64,000 nucleotides of DNA from a virus (IMGVR_UViG_3300028914_000001:285489-349488); one strand, 5' to 3'; positions 46,632 through 56,325 are shown, numbered from the stretch's first letter. The notes: generated by a model from the letters alone, not told the origin. Numbers and translations: made by a program.

Positions 46632-47270
46632 ATGGGAAAGCTACCCTACAGTAAAAAAGAAATCGAGGGAAGAATCGCCTCGTTCAGGTCCAATTTTGAA
46701 AAGATGTACAGGATTTTGTACGAGACGCAGTTTGTTCCTCCTAATAGTCACTCAAGGGACATGTTGTATGATGCGTTGGACCATGTGGAACGCTGGCTTC
46801 AATGGCATGCGAACGAGTTTGAACGTGAAGATATCTTCAATGGAATCCGTAAAGCAATCAAGCGAGATGCTGAAAAATTTGGGTTTCCCGCCTATGTTAA
46901 CAAGACTACATTTTGTGCATTACTGTACATTGATGAGCTTTCCTCCAAGTTGATTGACGGAACATACCACCTTGTTCCTATTCCTACAACATATGAAGAA
47001 TTTCGTTGGTGTACTGGATATGAACCCGAGGATGGCATGGTATGTTTCAAGCTTGTTGTCAAAGACAATGACGGCAATCAGGTTGGCAATTATTCTTGGA
47101 CGGAATGCCACAACAAGGAAAAGGCTGCAGAATGTAGGGAACCTTGGATGATAATCAAGGATTGCCCGCCTAGTCGGAAACGCAATCTCCCGCCTACCGA
47201 TGACATAAAGCCAGGAGATAAATTTTCTGACTATGACAAACGGAAGCCGAATTATACTGACCTGTTCTAA
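46632..47270 (+). CDS. hypothetical protein
   Basis: 212 aa ORF. Confidence 0.6.
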   Translation: MGKLPYSKKEIEGRIASFRSNFEKMYRILYETQFVPPNSHSRDMLYDALDHVERWLQWHANEFEREDIFNGIRKAIKRDAEKFGFPAYVNKTTFCALLYIDELSSKLIDGTYHLVPIPTTYEEFRWCTGYEPEDGMVCFKLVVKDNDGNQVGNYSWTECHNKEKAAECREPWMIIKDCPPSRKRNLPPTDDIKPGDKFSDYDKRKPNYTDLF

Positions 47271-47295
47271 AATACTGCTTTTGTAAATCTTTAAT

Positions 47296-47325
47296 CCGCA
47301 TCACTCCGATGCGGGTTTTCTTTTT
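47296..47325 (+). terminator. Rho-independent terminator
   Basis: CCGCATC-actcc-GATGCGG followed by T tracts. Confidence 0.7.
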
Positions 47326-47339
47326 ATTTCTTGACCCCC

Positions 47340-47368
47340 TTGCAGCGACGGGAAAAATTATGTATATT
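47340..47368 (+). promoter_or_regulatory. sigma70-type early promoter
   Basis: TTGCAG-17 nt-TATATT. Confidence 0.6.
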
Positions 47369-47400
47369 TCATAAAAAATCTTTATAAAGGAGCGTTCGAA

Positions 47401-47814
47401 ATGAGAATCGTTAAAGTCTGTGCCGAAGTCCGCTACAAGCAGGATGCACATATCAAAACACCAGAGATGGATGGCTTCTACGAGGATTCCAACGGGGAGA
47501 TGCCGTGCATGGAAGGCTCCTGCTGGCGCCCCGAAATCGACGTAGACCGTGGCGTCATCCTCAACTGGACTCCCGGTACGGAAGCCCGGTTGAATTACAA
47601 GGTATGTGACTGCTTCTCGGCGGACGTCTTGGATGACGGCAATGTTATCGCCAATGTTGAGAACGAGTATGTCCCGAGCTTCATGAGCCCGAGAGAAGAA
47701 GGCTACGGCGACTACATCTGCATGAACATCAAGGCTGATGGAACCATCGAAGACTGGAACAAGTTGTCGTTCGACAAGTGGCTTAAACGTATTGGCAAGG
47801 ATGAGGATGAATAA
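47401..47814 (+). CDS. conserved phage hypothetical protein
   Basis: WRPEID...G.ILNW, YKVCD, YVP, GYGDYI. Confidence 0.65.
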   Translation: MRIVKVCAEVRYKQDAHIKTPEMDGFYEDSNGEMPCMEGSCWRPEIDVDRGVILNWTPGTEARLNYKVCDCFSADVLDDGNVIANVENEYVPSFMSPREEGYGDYICMNIKADGTIEDWNKLSFDKWLKRIGKDEDE

Positions 47815-48266
47815 TGTCGCTTGATATCATACTTAAATGGGGAAAGGGCCGTGGCCGGAAGTCCGACAGCCGCAACATCACCCACAATGCGGGCAAGATT
47901 GCACAGCATGTCGTTCTCTATGATTTTCAGGGCGAAGGCGAGGTTACACTCTATGACGTGCTGTGGAATCATGCCGACAAGAAAATGAAAGCGAGGGAAC
48001 TCATCGAGGACCTCAGCAACGGGTTACGCCTTCTTTCCGAAAATGCCAAGCGTCTGAAACGGTACGAGACTATCGTCAAGAAGGAACCCGAGATTATTAA
48101 CGGAAAGGTTACAATCAAGGAACTCCCTCAGTCCAAGTGGTACAAGTGGGGCAGCCTTGAAGAGACTGACCAGTACGGGAGAAGGTTCGGCTTAATCCCG
48201 TTCGTTGAAGACATCCTGCTTCTCTGCATCAAACATCCCGAAGCCGACGTTGAATGGAGCCGCTAA
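47814..48266 (+). CDS. conserved phage hypothetical protein
   Basis: MSLDI, NITHN.GK.A, WG, C..HP.A. Confidence 0.6.
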   Translation: MSLDIILKWGKGRGRKSDSRNITHNAGKIAQHVVLYDFQGEGEVTLYDVLWNHADKKMKARELIEDLSNGLRLLSENAKRLKRYETIVKKEPEIINGKVTIKELPQSKWYKWGSLEETDQYGRRFGLIPFVEDILLLCIKHPEADVEWSR

Positions 48267-48267
48267 C

Positions 48268-48777
48268 ATGATTACTATAGAATATTTCAAGAAGGTCTGC
48301 AAAGACACCCTCGGGGAAAATAACTGCCGTTTCGAATATGTCAAGGACCCGCCTGATGGGGACATCTATATTGTTTCCGTTCAGTGCTGGTACAAGGACG
48401 AAAACACGCAGTTTCTCCGTGAAGAACGCAAGGTTGCTTCCATCTTCGTATACGAGGACGGTTCGTCTCTTGTTTGTGTCAAGCCGTATGGCAAGCACGA
48501 TTCGTATGGAACCGAATGGCGTTTCAAGTTCAAGCGTCTCATGAAGAAGCATACACTCGTGTATCGCAAGTACGACAGGCTTATGGAAGAGATGGCGATG
48601 GACTTCAAGAACATCTTTGCCAACACGGAAGAAAGCATCTATTTCCTCTTCAAGACGATTTATGGAACCGAATGGGGGCCAGCTGCCTATCAGATGGCGT
48701 CGAACCTGCTCGAAACGATGCGCTTGCGTGACAGGAAAGCAACAATAGAAGGAGGCGACAATGCGCAATCTACCTAA
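48268..48777 (+). CDS. hypothetical protein (paralog of 11537..12076)
   Basis: Shared N-terminal motif. Confidence 0.6.
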   Translation: MITIEYFKKVCKDTLGENNCRFEYVKDPPDGDIYIVSVQCWYKDENTQFLREERKVASIFVYEDGSSLVCVKPYGKHDSYGTEWRFKFKRLMKKHTLVYRKYDRLMEEMAMDFKNIFANTEESIYFLFKTIYGTEWGPAAYQMASNLLETMRLRDRKATIEGGDNAQST

Positions 48778-49246
48778 ATTCTATTACAGAGACCTCAAAG
48801 TCCGTGGAACCTGCTACCAGGCGTTGCCTGAAGTCGACCTCTTCGTCCGCAAGTATGTTGGAAGGGATGGATTCGAACGTGAAAAGTGGGTACGCCGACA
48901 TCCGAAGACTGATGCCAAGTGGCGTTACCACCACATGGTAGAAGATGTTTTGACAACGGGAGGGGCGCCGACCCATCCTCTCATGATGAGACGCTATTTC
49001 TTCAAGCGCTGGTTCACTACCATGCAGAGTGAGTTCTGGCATCACTTCCTAACTGAGTTCAAGCTAGGTATTTTGAAAGAGCTGATGCGTATGGTAAACC
49101 AATATGTGAATACGGGTAAGGTAGGCGATACGATGGCTCAAAAGGGAACCAAACTCGATACCGTATTTTCTGTCTTTATGCACTCAGCACAGAACGTTGC
49201 CTTAAAGAAAATGAAAAAGAACGTAGATTCAATTCCAGTTGTGTAG
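48761..49246 (+). CDS. hypothetical protein, possible major-capsid-derived fragment
   Basis: GGAGG RBS; LPEVDL, DAKW, SEF...LTEFKLGILKELMRMVN recall T4 gp23 central motifs. Confidence 0.45.
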   Translation: MRNLPKFYYRDLKVRGTCYQALPEVDLFVRKYVGRDGFEREKWVRRHPKTDAKWRYHHMVEDVLTTGGAPTHPLMMRRYFFKRWFTTMQSEFWHHFLTEFKLGILKELMRMVNQYVNTGKVGDTMAQKGTKLDTVFSVFMHSAQNVALKKMKKNVDSIPVV

Positions 49247-49281
49247 AAGCTCACCGTAATCGAATACCGCAAGGACTCTAA

Positions 49282-49893
49282 ATGAAAATCTATTTCGTTA
49301 GACACGCCCCCACTTCCGCAAACAGTACTGGCACGATGGCTGTCGGCTACGAGAATGCCGACATCACGCTACTGGACAAGCCGGACGACTGGGAAGATAC
49401 TGTTGGTTGTCACATCCCCGCAGAAGCCCGCAGGGTTATCCTCAGTTCTCCTACGAAGCGCTGCGTCAGCACCGCAAAGATGCTGTTTGACACATATCCG
49501 ACCGAGCTGACCGAACTTCTCGGTGAGTTCGACTGCAAGGCGCTCGGGAAGCTTAAATTCTGGGAGATATCCGAGACGGAGTTCACCCAGAAGGTGTTCC
49601 TGCCCGCAGCCACTATGGAAAGCCGTGCGAGGGCCATCCTGAGAGAACTCGTGAACAATGTACGGCACGAGGAACAGGTGGATTCTTTTGTCGCCATATC
49701 CCACGGTATGGTGATACGCTACCTGTACCATTTTCTGAACGGCAACCCAGGCATTTCCGCCTACAAAGTAATCAACTCGGTCGGATTCCGCTTTTCAAAC
49801 CTCGACCTGCTCGTGGTTGACACCGACAAGATGAAAACCGAGGATTACCACTGGAATAAGCCCATCGACCATGCCGGGGTAGTTGAACACTGA
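49282..49893 (+). CDS. histidine phosphatase superfamily protein
   Basis: YFVRHAPT, SSPTKRC..TA, L.E, ISHGMVIR. Confidence 0.85.
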   Translation: MKIYFVRHAPTSANSTGTMAVGYENADITLLDKPDDWEDTVGCHIPAEARRVILSSPTKRCVSTAKMLFDTYPTELTELLGEFDCKALGKLKFWEISETEFTQKVFLPAATMESRARAILRELVNNVRHEEQVDSFVAISHGMVIRYLYHFLNGNPGISAYKVINSVGFRFSNLDLLVVDTDKMKTEDYHWNKPIDHAGVVEH

Positions 49894-50136
49894 AAATGGA
49901 GGCAATATGGCCGCAACTGTATTTTGGATAGTGTTGGGCATTGCTGGCGTTACTGGTATCGTCTGCGGCACCATGGTCACTATCAAAAAACTATCTTTCC
50001 GTTGCAAGCATCAATGGAAAACAGTCAAAGAAATCGACATTGTTGCTCAGGGCTCCGTAATCGGCTACCGCTATATCCAGCAGTGTGTACATTGCGGGGC
50101 AATCCAGCATGTCGATTGCGACTAACGGAGGTAAGA

Positions 50137-50439
50137 ATGAGTAACTACAAAACTACGCTCGAAATCGTCGGCCAGCCAAACCGCAACGGTCGCATATACT
50201 CTGACGAGCTTCTTGCAAAGTACAACGAGTCCTGCCCGAAGGAAATGCGTTACGGCGACAGGGTGGTTGGCCACCTGGACCATGTGTCCTATGATGGAGA
50301 ACGCTACATTGCCGCAATGACCCTCAACGAGAACATCGGAAATCCGCCAATAGGCATCCGAGGCGTTGCCGACATCTCCGAAGACGGAGAATGCCGTGCA
50401 TTGAGCATCGAGTCGATAGATTTTATCAAGGAGAGGTAA
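50137..50439 (+). CDS. truncated, degenerate T4 gp21 prohead-protease-like protein
   Basis: NRNGRIYS, GHLDH, IGIRG in place of VSSRG, C-terminal IDF; GGAGGT RBS; only 100 aa. Confidence 0.6.
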   Translation: MSNYKTTLEIVGQPNRNGRIYSDELLAKYNESCPKEMRYGDRVVGHLDHVSYDGERYIAAMTLNENIGNPPIGIRGVADISEDGECRALSIESIDFIKER

Positions 50440-50712
50440 CATGGTGCATACCCCAGAAGAAGAGAAACTTTTAAAATACTGTGAAGCCAACAAGATTGAT
50501 TTTGACGGAGGGTTTCACCGTTCGATGGTAATCCTTGCAGAAGACTGCTTCAATGAAATGAAGAAGCTGGGTGACAAGGCGAAAGTCCGTGATATACACA
50601 AGTATCTCGCAGCTGTCCATCTTGTGACCGTCGAACGGATGGAAGCGGGTTTTAGGAAACATCTCGCCGAACTGGAACGATTGAACAAGGACTCCTAATT
50701 GGAGGAAACCTC

Positions 50713-51474
50713 ATGAAAGATGACGACGATTATGTATTGGATGAAACCGTCCAGATGTTCTGGCCCGTTTGTATTGAACCCTTAGATGAAGACAAGTGGT
50801 TCGACGATGACTACGACGGCCCTACCTACGATACCCCCGATGAACAGATTCCGCTGCTTCCTGACCTGTTCGACAAATTCTCGACTTCGTGGCAGTCGAT
50901 GCACAGCCCGTATGCCCCCGAGGATATCCCTAAGGGAGTGAAGGTGCATGGCATATTCTTCACGTTCGATAAGGAGCTTGGCGTGTGCGTATGTGCGAAC
51001 TACAAGTTCTCGTACAAGCTTCTCCGTAGTTCGGAAGGGTTCAAGAAGGTAATCAAGAAGCTCGCCGAGGACATTGAAACGGGTTTCGACTCGTGGCTGA
51101 ATACCCATTTCACATTCACGCATGAGGGCAAACGGTTCGACGTAACATCTGGACCATCTGCAAAGCGTATCGTGGCCCCAGTGGAATGCCATGACCAGCT
51201 GTACTTCAAGTGGGACGATGTCGATGATGTAGGCGACGTGGAGATGGCCCTTTCCCACGATAACGACTGTTTCAACATCATCTGGCGACCGAAGGAACAC
51301 AAGAAGACTCTCGACAGGGTTAAGAGGCGTCTCGAAACATTCACTAAACTAGCGGTCGCCCGTGGTGTAAATCCCGACGAGGAGTATTGCATCATCGAGG
51401 ACAAGAAGACCCTCGAAGCTTTCAAGTTCGTCAAGCAGCACAAGAAACAGTATTTTTTCGGACATTTCCATTAA
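50713..51474 (+). CDS. acidic hypothetical protein
   Basis: 253 aa, GGAGG RBS. Confidence 0.65.
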   Translation: MKDDDDYVLDETVQMFWPVCIEPLDEDKWFDDDYDGPTYDTPDEQIPLLPDLFDKFSTSWQSMHSPYAPEDIPKGVKVHGIFFTFDKELGVCVCANYKFSYKLLRSSEGFKKVIKKLAEDIETGFDSWLNTHFTFTHEGKRFDVTSGPSAKRIVAPVECHDQLYFKWDDVDDVGDVEMALSHDNDCFNIIWRPKEHKKTLDRVKRRLETFTKLAVARGVNPDEEYCIIEDKKTLEAFKFVKQHKKQYFFGHFH

Positions 51475-51484
51475 CGGAGTAAAC

Positions 51485-51949
51485 ATGAACATTTTTAAGG
51501 AATTTATCATCTATCTTGCAAACAAGTTCCAGGAACAGCCAAGCAAGGAAGTCATCGATTTGCGTAATCAGATTAAAGAAGCGAACAGCCTGTATTACAC
51601 CTCCGCCGAGGAAAATACAAAGCTCCGCAACAAGCTTAGCCGACTGTCGTTCAAGACCACATGGTATGACCGTGACCATTACCCCATGCCATTAAACCGC
51701 CGCCTGATTGTACAGGGTAAAGATGGCAAGTATTATGTCGGAAGAACTATGAAGGATGTCCAAGGACGGACGGAATTCCATATCGAATACGAACTGACTC
51801 CTGTCAATCCGAAACTAATAGGCTCTGTCATGTTGGAAATCCTTGGGATGTCTTCATGGGCGAAGCAATGGAAGGTCTTCGAGTTTCCTGAAGACAAGGA
51901 GTCAGAACCGAAGAAATCAGCCGAGGATTGCAAGATAGGTGCCCGATAG
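51485..51949 (+). CDS. hypothetical protein
   Basis: 154 aa, GGAG RBS. Confidence 0.6.
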   Translation: MNIFKEFIIYLANKFQEQPSKEVIDLRNQIKEANSLYYTSAEENTKLRNKLSRLSFKTTWYDRDHYPMPLNRRLIVQGKDGKYYVGRTMKDVQGRTEFHIEYELTPVNPKLIGSVMLEILGMSSWAKQWKVFEFPEDKESEPKKSAEDCKIGAR

Positions 51950-51957
51950 TATAAACT
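51950..51957 (+). promoter_or_regulatory. putative late promoter TATAAACT
   Basis: Exact motif 6 nt before ATG 51964. Confidence 0.55.
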
Positions 51958-51963
51958 GTTTGC

Positions 51964-52785
51964 ATGAACAGGAAGGCACTTTTTGAAGAACAGCTCGTGA
52001 AAATGGGTCTCCCCCCGAAGACGAAGGACATGGTCATGAAACTCAATGACGCATGTTTCAAGGAGCGGGATGACAAGAACCCGTGTATCGACGAATACGG
52101 GTTCTATAAGGACCCGATGTCTTGTGACATCGAGACGTTGAAACGGGCGTGGGACGAACCCATCAGGGAGGACAAGAACCCGTTTGAAATCAAGGAAGTC
52201 GACGGGCCTACCCACGACAAGCCAATCGGCGGTTACATCCCGATTAAATCACAGCAGGAAAAGGACGACGAGGAATACGCCGACGACCCGCTGTACCAGT
52301 TCTCCAAGCGTATCCGCCACGAGTTCGACCGAAAGAGCCGATACAGACTTCCGTTCAGCGGCAAGTATCAAATGAATTACATCGTCGGCCCTGAGGTTGA
52401 CGACCCCGAGAACCACATGTTCGACGGATTCCCTAAGACGCTTGATTTCATGAAGGAACACAGGGGATGGCTCTGCGGCCAGATTTCATCACACAGCATG
52501 CCTGAATACATGGGCGGCATGGTCAAGATGCTGATAGGCAGTTGGTATATCACCCTGCTCGTCGTGAAGGACCCAGATTCTTCTAGGGTGGACTACTGTG
52601 TGTACGGTGGGCCCATGCTCTACATGAAGCACGGGACGATGTATGACGGAGACTGCCTTGCGACCAGCAATACAGACGACGTGGAAGAAATCAAGATGAT
52701 TTGCCACAAGATTCTGCACGAGGCGTACGACAATGCGGTCAAGGCACAGTTCCAGTCCATCCGCAAGACCAGTCTCGACGTTTAA
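51964..52785 (+). CDS. hypothetical late protein
   Basis: 273 aa; N-terminal helix similar to other TATAAACT genes. Confidence 0.6.
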   Translation: MNRKALFEEQLVKMGLPPKTKDMVMKLNDACFKERDDKNPCIDEYGFYKDPMSCDIETLKRAWDEPIREDKNPFEIKEVDGPTHDKPIGGYIPIKSQQEKDDEEYADDPLYQFSKRIRHEFDRKSRYRLPFSGKYQMNYIVGPEVDDPENHMFDGFPKTLDFMKEHRGWLCGQISSHSMPEYMGGMVKMLIGSWYITLLVVKDPDSSRVDYCVYGGPMLYMKHGTMYDGDCLATSNTDDVEEIKMICHKILHEAYDNAVKAQFQSIRKTSLDV

Positions 52786-52818
52786 TCGACATTTTACTCA
52801 AAATCTCAGTGGAACCAC

Positions 52819-52847
52819 TTGCCAAAGTGGTACAAAATAGGTATATT
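52819..52847 (+). promoter_or_regulatory. sigma70-type early promoter
   Basis: TTGCCA-17 nt-TATATT; the -35 lies at the centre of palindrome ACCACTT-gcca-AAGTGGT. Confidence 0.75.
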
Positions 52848-52879
52848 TATAAAAAAAGTTTCATTACAAGGAGAAACCT

Positions 52880-53164
52880 ATGTTCGGTATCGAACCTAAT
52901 CTTGACAAAGTGTTCGGCGGAATGTTGAAGCCGAAGCAGCAGAAACTCGTTGATTACACCCAGTATCGCATGGAACGTGATTCCGTCCGTTACGACATTT
53001 TTGGCCGTAGGGTGTGCAACTCCGCTCTTATGTGGCACGAAAGCGCCCGTTTCTGGTTTGACCGTAAGGAAAGAGTAATCATTCCTGAACTGAGCCCGTA
53101 CATGGATGTCCTCGGGGCAAAGCTGTTCCCGGATACGTTGGTCCGTTTCGGAATCCATCCTTAA
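52880..53164 (+). CDS. hypothetical protein
   Basis: AAGGAG RBS. Confidence 0.6.
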   Translation: MFGIEPNLDKVFGGMLKPKQQKLVDYTQYRMERDSVRYDIFGRRVCNSALMWHESARFWFDRKERVIIPELSPYMDVLGAKLFPDTLVRFGIHP

Positions 53165-53181
53165 TCCGTTCGGAGGAACCC

Positions 53182-53919
53182 ATGGGTACAATCCACGAAT
53201 ACATGAGTGCATATCCTTACTACGACGAGAACAAGTGGAGTTGGTCCATCGAGAATCCGAATAAGGATAATGCCCTGTTCATGCGTTACCGTGCCAGGAA
53301 GGGTAAGGATTATCGCAACATGGACAAGCTTCCGTTCTTCGACTCAATCGAGAAGGATGCAAACCAGTTCGGTATGCGGTCGTGTACCTTTACCGACATC
53401 TTTGGCATTACCTGGAAGGGAACGAAGGGTTGCCACATGGTTTCCGATGACCCTGACTACGAACAGCACCTTTACTACTACGACGAGGAAAGCGACGGAT
53501 ACCTTGTCTCTGACGAGTACACGCAGGATAATCCGCCCGCTGATTTCGTTAAGTTGAGAAACCCTAGATGGGATATGTGGGTTGATGTCAAGGGTATCAA
53601 GACGCTCTACTACAAATGGGTTCAGAACAATAACCACCTGTTCAAGGATTCCGTGTTCTATGCGGAATACGATGACGGTACTAAGCTTTCGTTCTACGAC
53701 GTTATAGGTCTGATGTACGGACTGAAACGTCTTCGTCCAGACCTCTACGATGATGTCCTTCCAGAAATTGAACGTCATTTCGAGAACCTGCGTGATAACG
53801 AACGTCTTGAAGTCAAGGAGTTCTGGCCTGGGATGACCGCCCGTGAGTATTTCGAGAAATGGAACGAGGCCAAAGATTACTCTGAAAAGACTGGCGAGCC
53901 TATCGCTACGGACGCCTAA
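53182..53919 (+). CDS. hypothetical protein
   Basis: 245 aa, GGAGG RBS. Confidence 0.65.
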   Translation: MGTIHEYMSAYPYYDENKWSWSIENPNKDNALFMRYRARKGKDYRNMDKLPFFDSIEKDANQFGMRSCTFTDIFGITWKGTKGCHMVSDDPDYEQHLYYYDEESDGYLVSDEYTQDNPPADFVKLRNPRWDMWVDVKGIKTLYYKWVQNNNHLFKDSVFYAEYDDGTKLSFYDVIGLMYGLKRLRPDLYDDVLPEIERHFENLRDNERLEVKEFWPGMTAREYFEKWNEAKDYSEKTGEPIATDA

Positions 53920-53939
53920 TTACACTTAAAGGAAACACA

Positions 53940-54449
53940 ATGAAAACAATTCGTCACTCGGTTTTTGAAACCAATTCCAGTTCTTGCCATGTAGTCACCT
54001 TGCTGAACTCATACGAAATGGAACAGTTCAATAATGGTGAACTGCTCGTCGAGTTCGGCAGAAGCCAAGGCGCAAAGATTGTCGCAAACTTCGTTGAGAA
54101 GTTCCGTTTTGGCTATGACCTCGAACACCTGCAATTCGGCTACGATTACAAGGAAGAAAAACCCACCTATTACGACCTTCCGAGGGAAAGCTTGGAGAAA
54201 CTGAGAGATGCCTTGTGGGATTTGCTTCAGGAAGGCATGAAGACTCATATCGAGCATTTTGATGACAAGGTCGCCTCGATATTCTCTGATGCTGGCGTAA
54301 CGGATGAATTGTACATCGAACGGGTTAAAAACTACATTGAAGACTTTGCTGGTGTATCTACCGTTAATCACCTCATGGAAGACATGACGACATACACGAT
54401 GCCTAACGGCGAGGTCATGCATTTCAGTTGTCATGAGTTCGAGTGTTAA
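53940..54449 (+). CDS. conserved phage protein with IRxxVFETNSSSxH motif
   Basis: MKTIRHSVFETNSSSCH. Confidence 0.7.
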   Translation: MKTIRHSVFETNSSSCHVVTLLNSYEMEQFNNGELLVEFGRSQGAKIVANFVEKFRFGYDLEHLQFGYDYKEEKPTYYDLPRESLEKLRDALWDLLQEGMKTHIEHFDDKVASIFSDAGVTDELYIERVKNYIEDFAGVSTVNHLMEDMTTYTMPNGEVMHFSCHEFEC

Positions 54450-54450
54450 T

Positions 54451-54894
54451 ATGAGAACGTGGCTCCAACTAAGTATTCTCAGGAGTGCTGCTGACAACGG
54501 TTACCGTTTGGCTATAAATGGTACACTGATTGACCAGAAGCCTCCTTTTGGTTCGTCTGAGATTGAACTGAGCACCCATAAGCTGGCCGACCTTTTCGAT
54601 ATCGACACCCTCGTTGACATGCTTGATTACAAGAAGGAATGCGAACGGTTGAAAACGCTCTTCTTCGTCTCCAACAGGGAGCTGTCCGACTGGGTTGACG
54701 CCAAGAAAGGACGCCGGATTCATGTGGTCAAGCCGAACCAGATGATTAACCAAGGAATATCCTACGAGAATTGGCCGTATTCGGAGGACACTGCGGAACT
54801 GAACGCCAGGAACGCTGGTGACATCTTCGTGGTTGAGGCAGGGTCCAGCACCCTGGAGCACCTGACCCGACGGGCGATTGGCCTGGATGTCTAA
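54451..54894 (+). CDS. hypothetical protein
   Basis: ORF in operon. Confidence 0.5.
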   Translation: MRTWLQLSILRSAADNGYRLAINGTLIDQKPPFGSSEIELSTHKLADLFDIDTLVDMLDYKKECERLKTLFFVSNRELSDWVDAKKGRRIHVVKPNQMINQGISYENWPYSEDTAELNARNAGDIFVVEAGSSTLEHLTRRAIGLDV

Positions 54895-54922
54895 GGTGAC
54901 GCTTACTAAATATGGAGAAAAA

Positions 54923-55192
54923 ATGAAAAAGGTAATTCTATTTATCATGGCTTTTGCCATGGCGGCATTTGCCGATATTAAACTGGACTTCCAGGTCTCG
55001 GTTAACCGCATGGGCTGTTCCCTCATCCAGTGGGTCGAAAACGGCTATGAATCTGGGGTGAAGTGGAAGCACTACGGCAAGTTCGCCTGCAAGGAGGAAA
55101 TCAAGGCTCCCGTCAAGATTGTCGGCCTGAAATTCCTGTATGTCGGCGAGAACTTGAAGGGCGAGTACATTTACGTCTATGGCGAGGACTAG
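54923..55192 (+). CDS. small secreted protein
   Basis: Sec signal peptide MKKVILFIMAFAMAAFA-D; GGAG RBS. Confidence 0.65.
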   Translation: MKKVILFIMAFAMAAFADIKLDFQVSVNRMGCSLIQWVENGYESGVKWKHYGKFACKEEIKAPVKIVGLKFLYVGENLKGEYIYVYGED

Positions 55193-55531
55193 ATGGCCAC
55201 GATGATTCCAGACATAGCCTTGGAAACCACTCTTGAATGGCTGGCGAAGTTCAACCGCCACGAGTACTTCACCAAGGGACTCTACAAGAAGCTTCCTAAG
55301 TACAAGGAATGCGGTGTTCGCCGTGAAAAGACTGAAATCCAGGTGGCTTTCATCTGCAAGGCGTTGCAACTGAAAGGCATCTATACGACACCTTGCGGAG
55401 TCGCCTGGTCAAAGATATGGGACGATTCCAAGACGGTCGATGATTACCTGAAACCATATCAGGATATCATCGACGGCTATGTGAAATGGTGTGAAGAGCA
55501 GAACAATAAGATAAGGGCTAATCATGGCTGA
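55193..55531 (+). CDS. hypothetical protein
   Basis: 112 aa coupled ORF. Confidence 0.55.
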   Translation: MATMIPDIALETTLEWLAKFNRHEYFTKGLYKKLPKYKECGVRREKTEIQVAFICKALQLKGIYTTPCGVAWSKIWDDSKTVDDYLKPYQDIIDGYVKWCEEQNNKIRANHG

Positions 55532-55736
55532 AACATGGCTTGGAACATCGAAGATGGAACAGGAGGCGAACTACTTCGCACACTGCCTGCTCATGCCCGA
55601 GGAGATGCTGATACCAGACTGGGAGAAGTCATCCAAGGATTCCGCAGCGGTAGACAAGCTCGCCGATGAATACCATGTCACACGTACGACCATGCTGGTA
55701 CGACTGAGTGGACTCGGCCTATACAAGGAGGACTAA
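55524..55736 (+). CDS. ImmA/IrrE C-terminal fragment lacking HExxH
   Basis: EQEANYFAHCLLMPE...LADEYHVT.....RL. Confidence 0.7.
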   Translation: MAETWLGTSKMEQEANYFAHCLLMPEEMLIPDWEKSSKDSAAVDKLADEYHVTRTTMLVRLSGLGLYKED

Positions 55737-56230
55737 AATGTCTGACGTAATTAAAGGATTGACAAACGACCTGCTTTGGAAGAATATCTACAAGTTCTCA
55801 TCCAAGTGGAATCTGGCCATAATCTGCGTTGCAATCCCAGAACCCGTCGTCGAGCAGCTGAGACGGGATTTTTCAGCGGCCTATCCCGACAAGGATTTCG
55901 ACACCGAGTGGGAAACCTGTATAAAGGAATAATATTATGGCAGAGTCGATGGATACCAAGATTGCTAAATACAACATACGTTCCCGTTATACATTCGCCA
56001 TGCGCAACCTGATGATTGCTCAATCGGTTAACGAGAAGGTAAAGAATTTGAGGCATACAATAACAGGATTGCCTGTTCCAGACACGTTCGATACGAAACT
56101 TACGTTGCATACACCTAAGGATTGGATTGTCATTTGGTCTAAGGTCCACGTCAGGGTTAGTATCTATCTTGCCAACCTTCGGTATAATGCGTGTCTAAAC
56201 AATGAAAACCGTCAATGACGAATAAATCAC

Positions 56231-56304
56231 TGTCCCGTAGTTTAACTGGAAAAATGTGGCCCTCCGAAGGCCAAGACGTGCGTGTTCGAATCACGTCGGG
56301 ACAA
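56231..56304 (+). tRNA. tRNA-Arg(CCG)
   Basis: Acceptor TGTCCCG/CGGGACA, anticodon arm TGGCC-CTCCGAA-GGCCA, T arm GCGTG-TTCGAAT-CACGT; CCA not encoded. Confidence 0.9.
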
Positions 56305-56325
56305 CTTTAATACTTAGGTAGAATC

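Noticed and set aside
31663-55192. Assigning a specific host (codon style and signal peptide are reminiscent of Fibrobacter/Bacteroidota-type gut anaerobes)
   Set aside because: Impression only; needs best-hit phylogeny of thyA, pncB and yqeY or CRISPR spacer matches.
56169-56188. TTGCCA...TATAAT promoter before the tRNA
   Set aside because: The spacer is only 8 nt.
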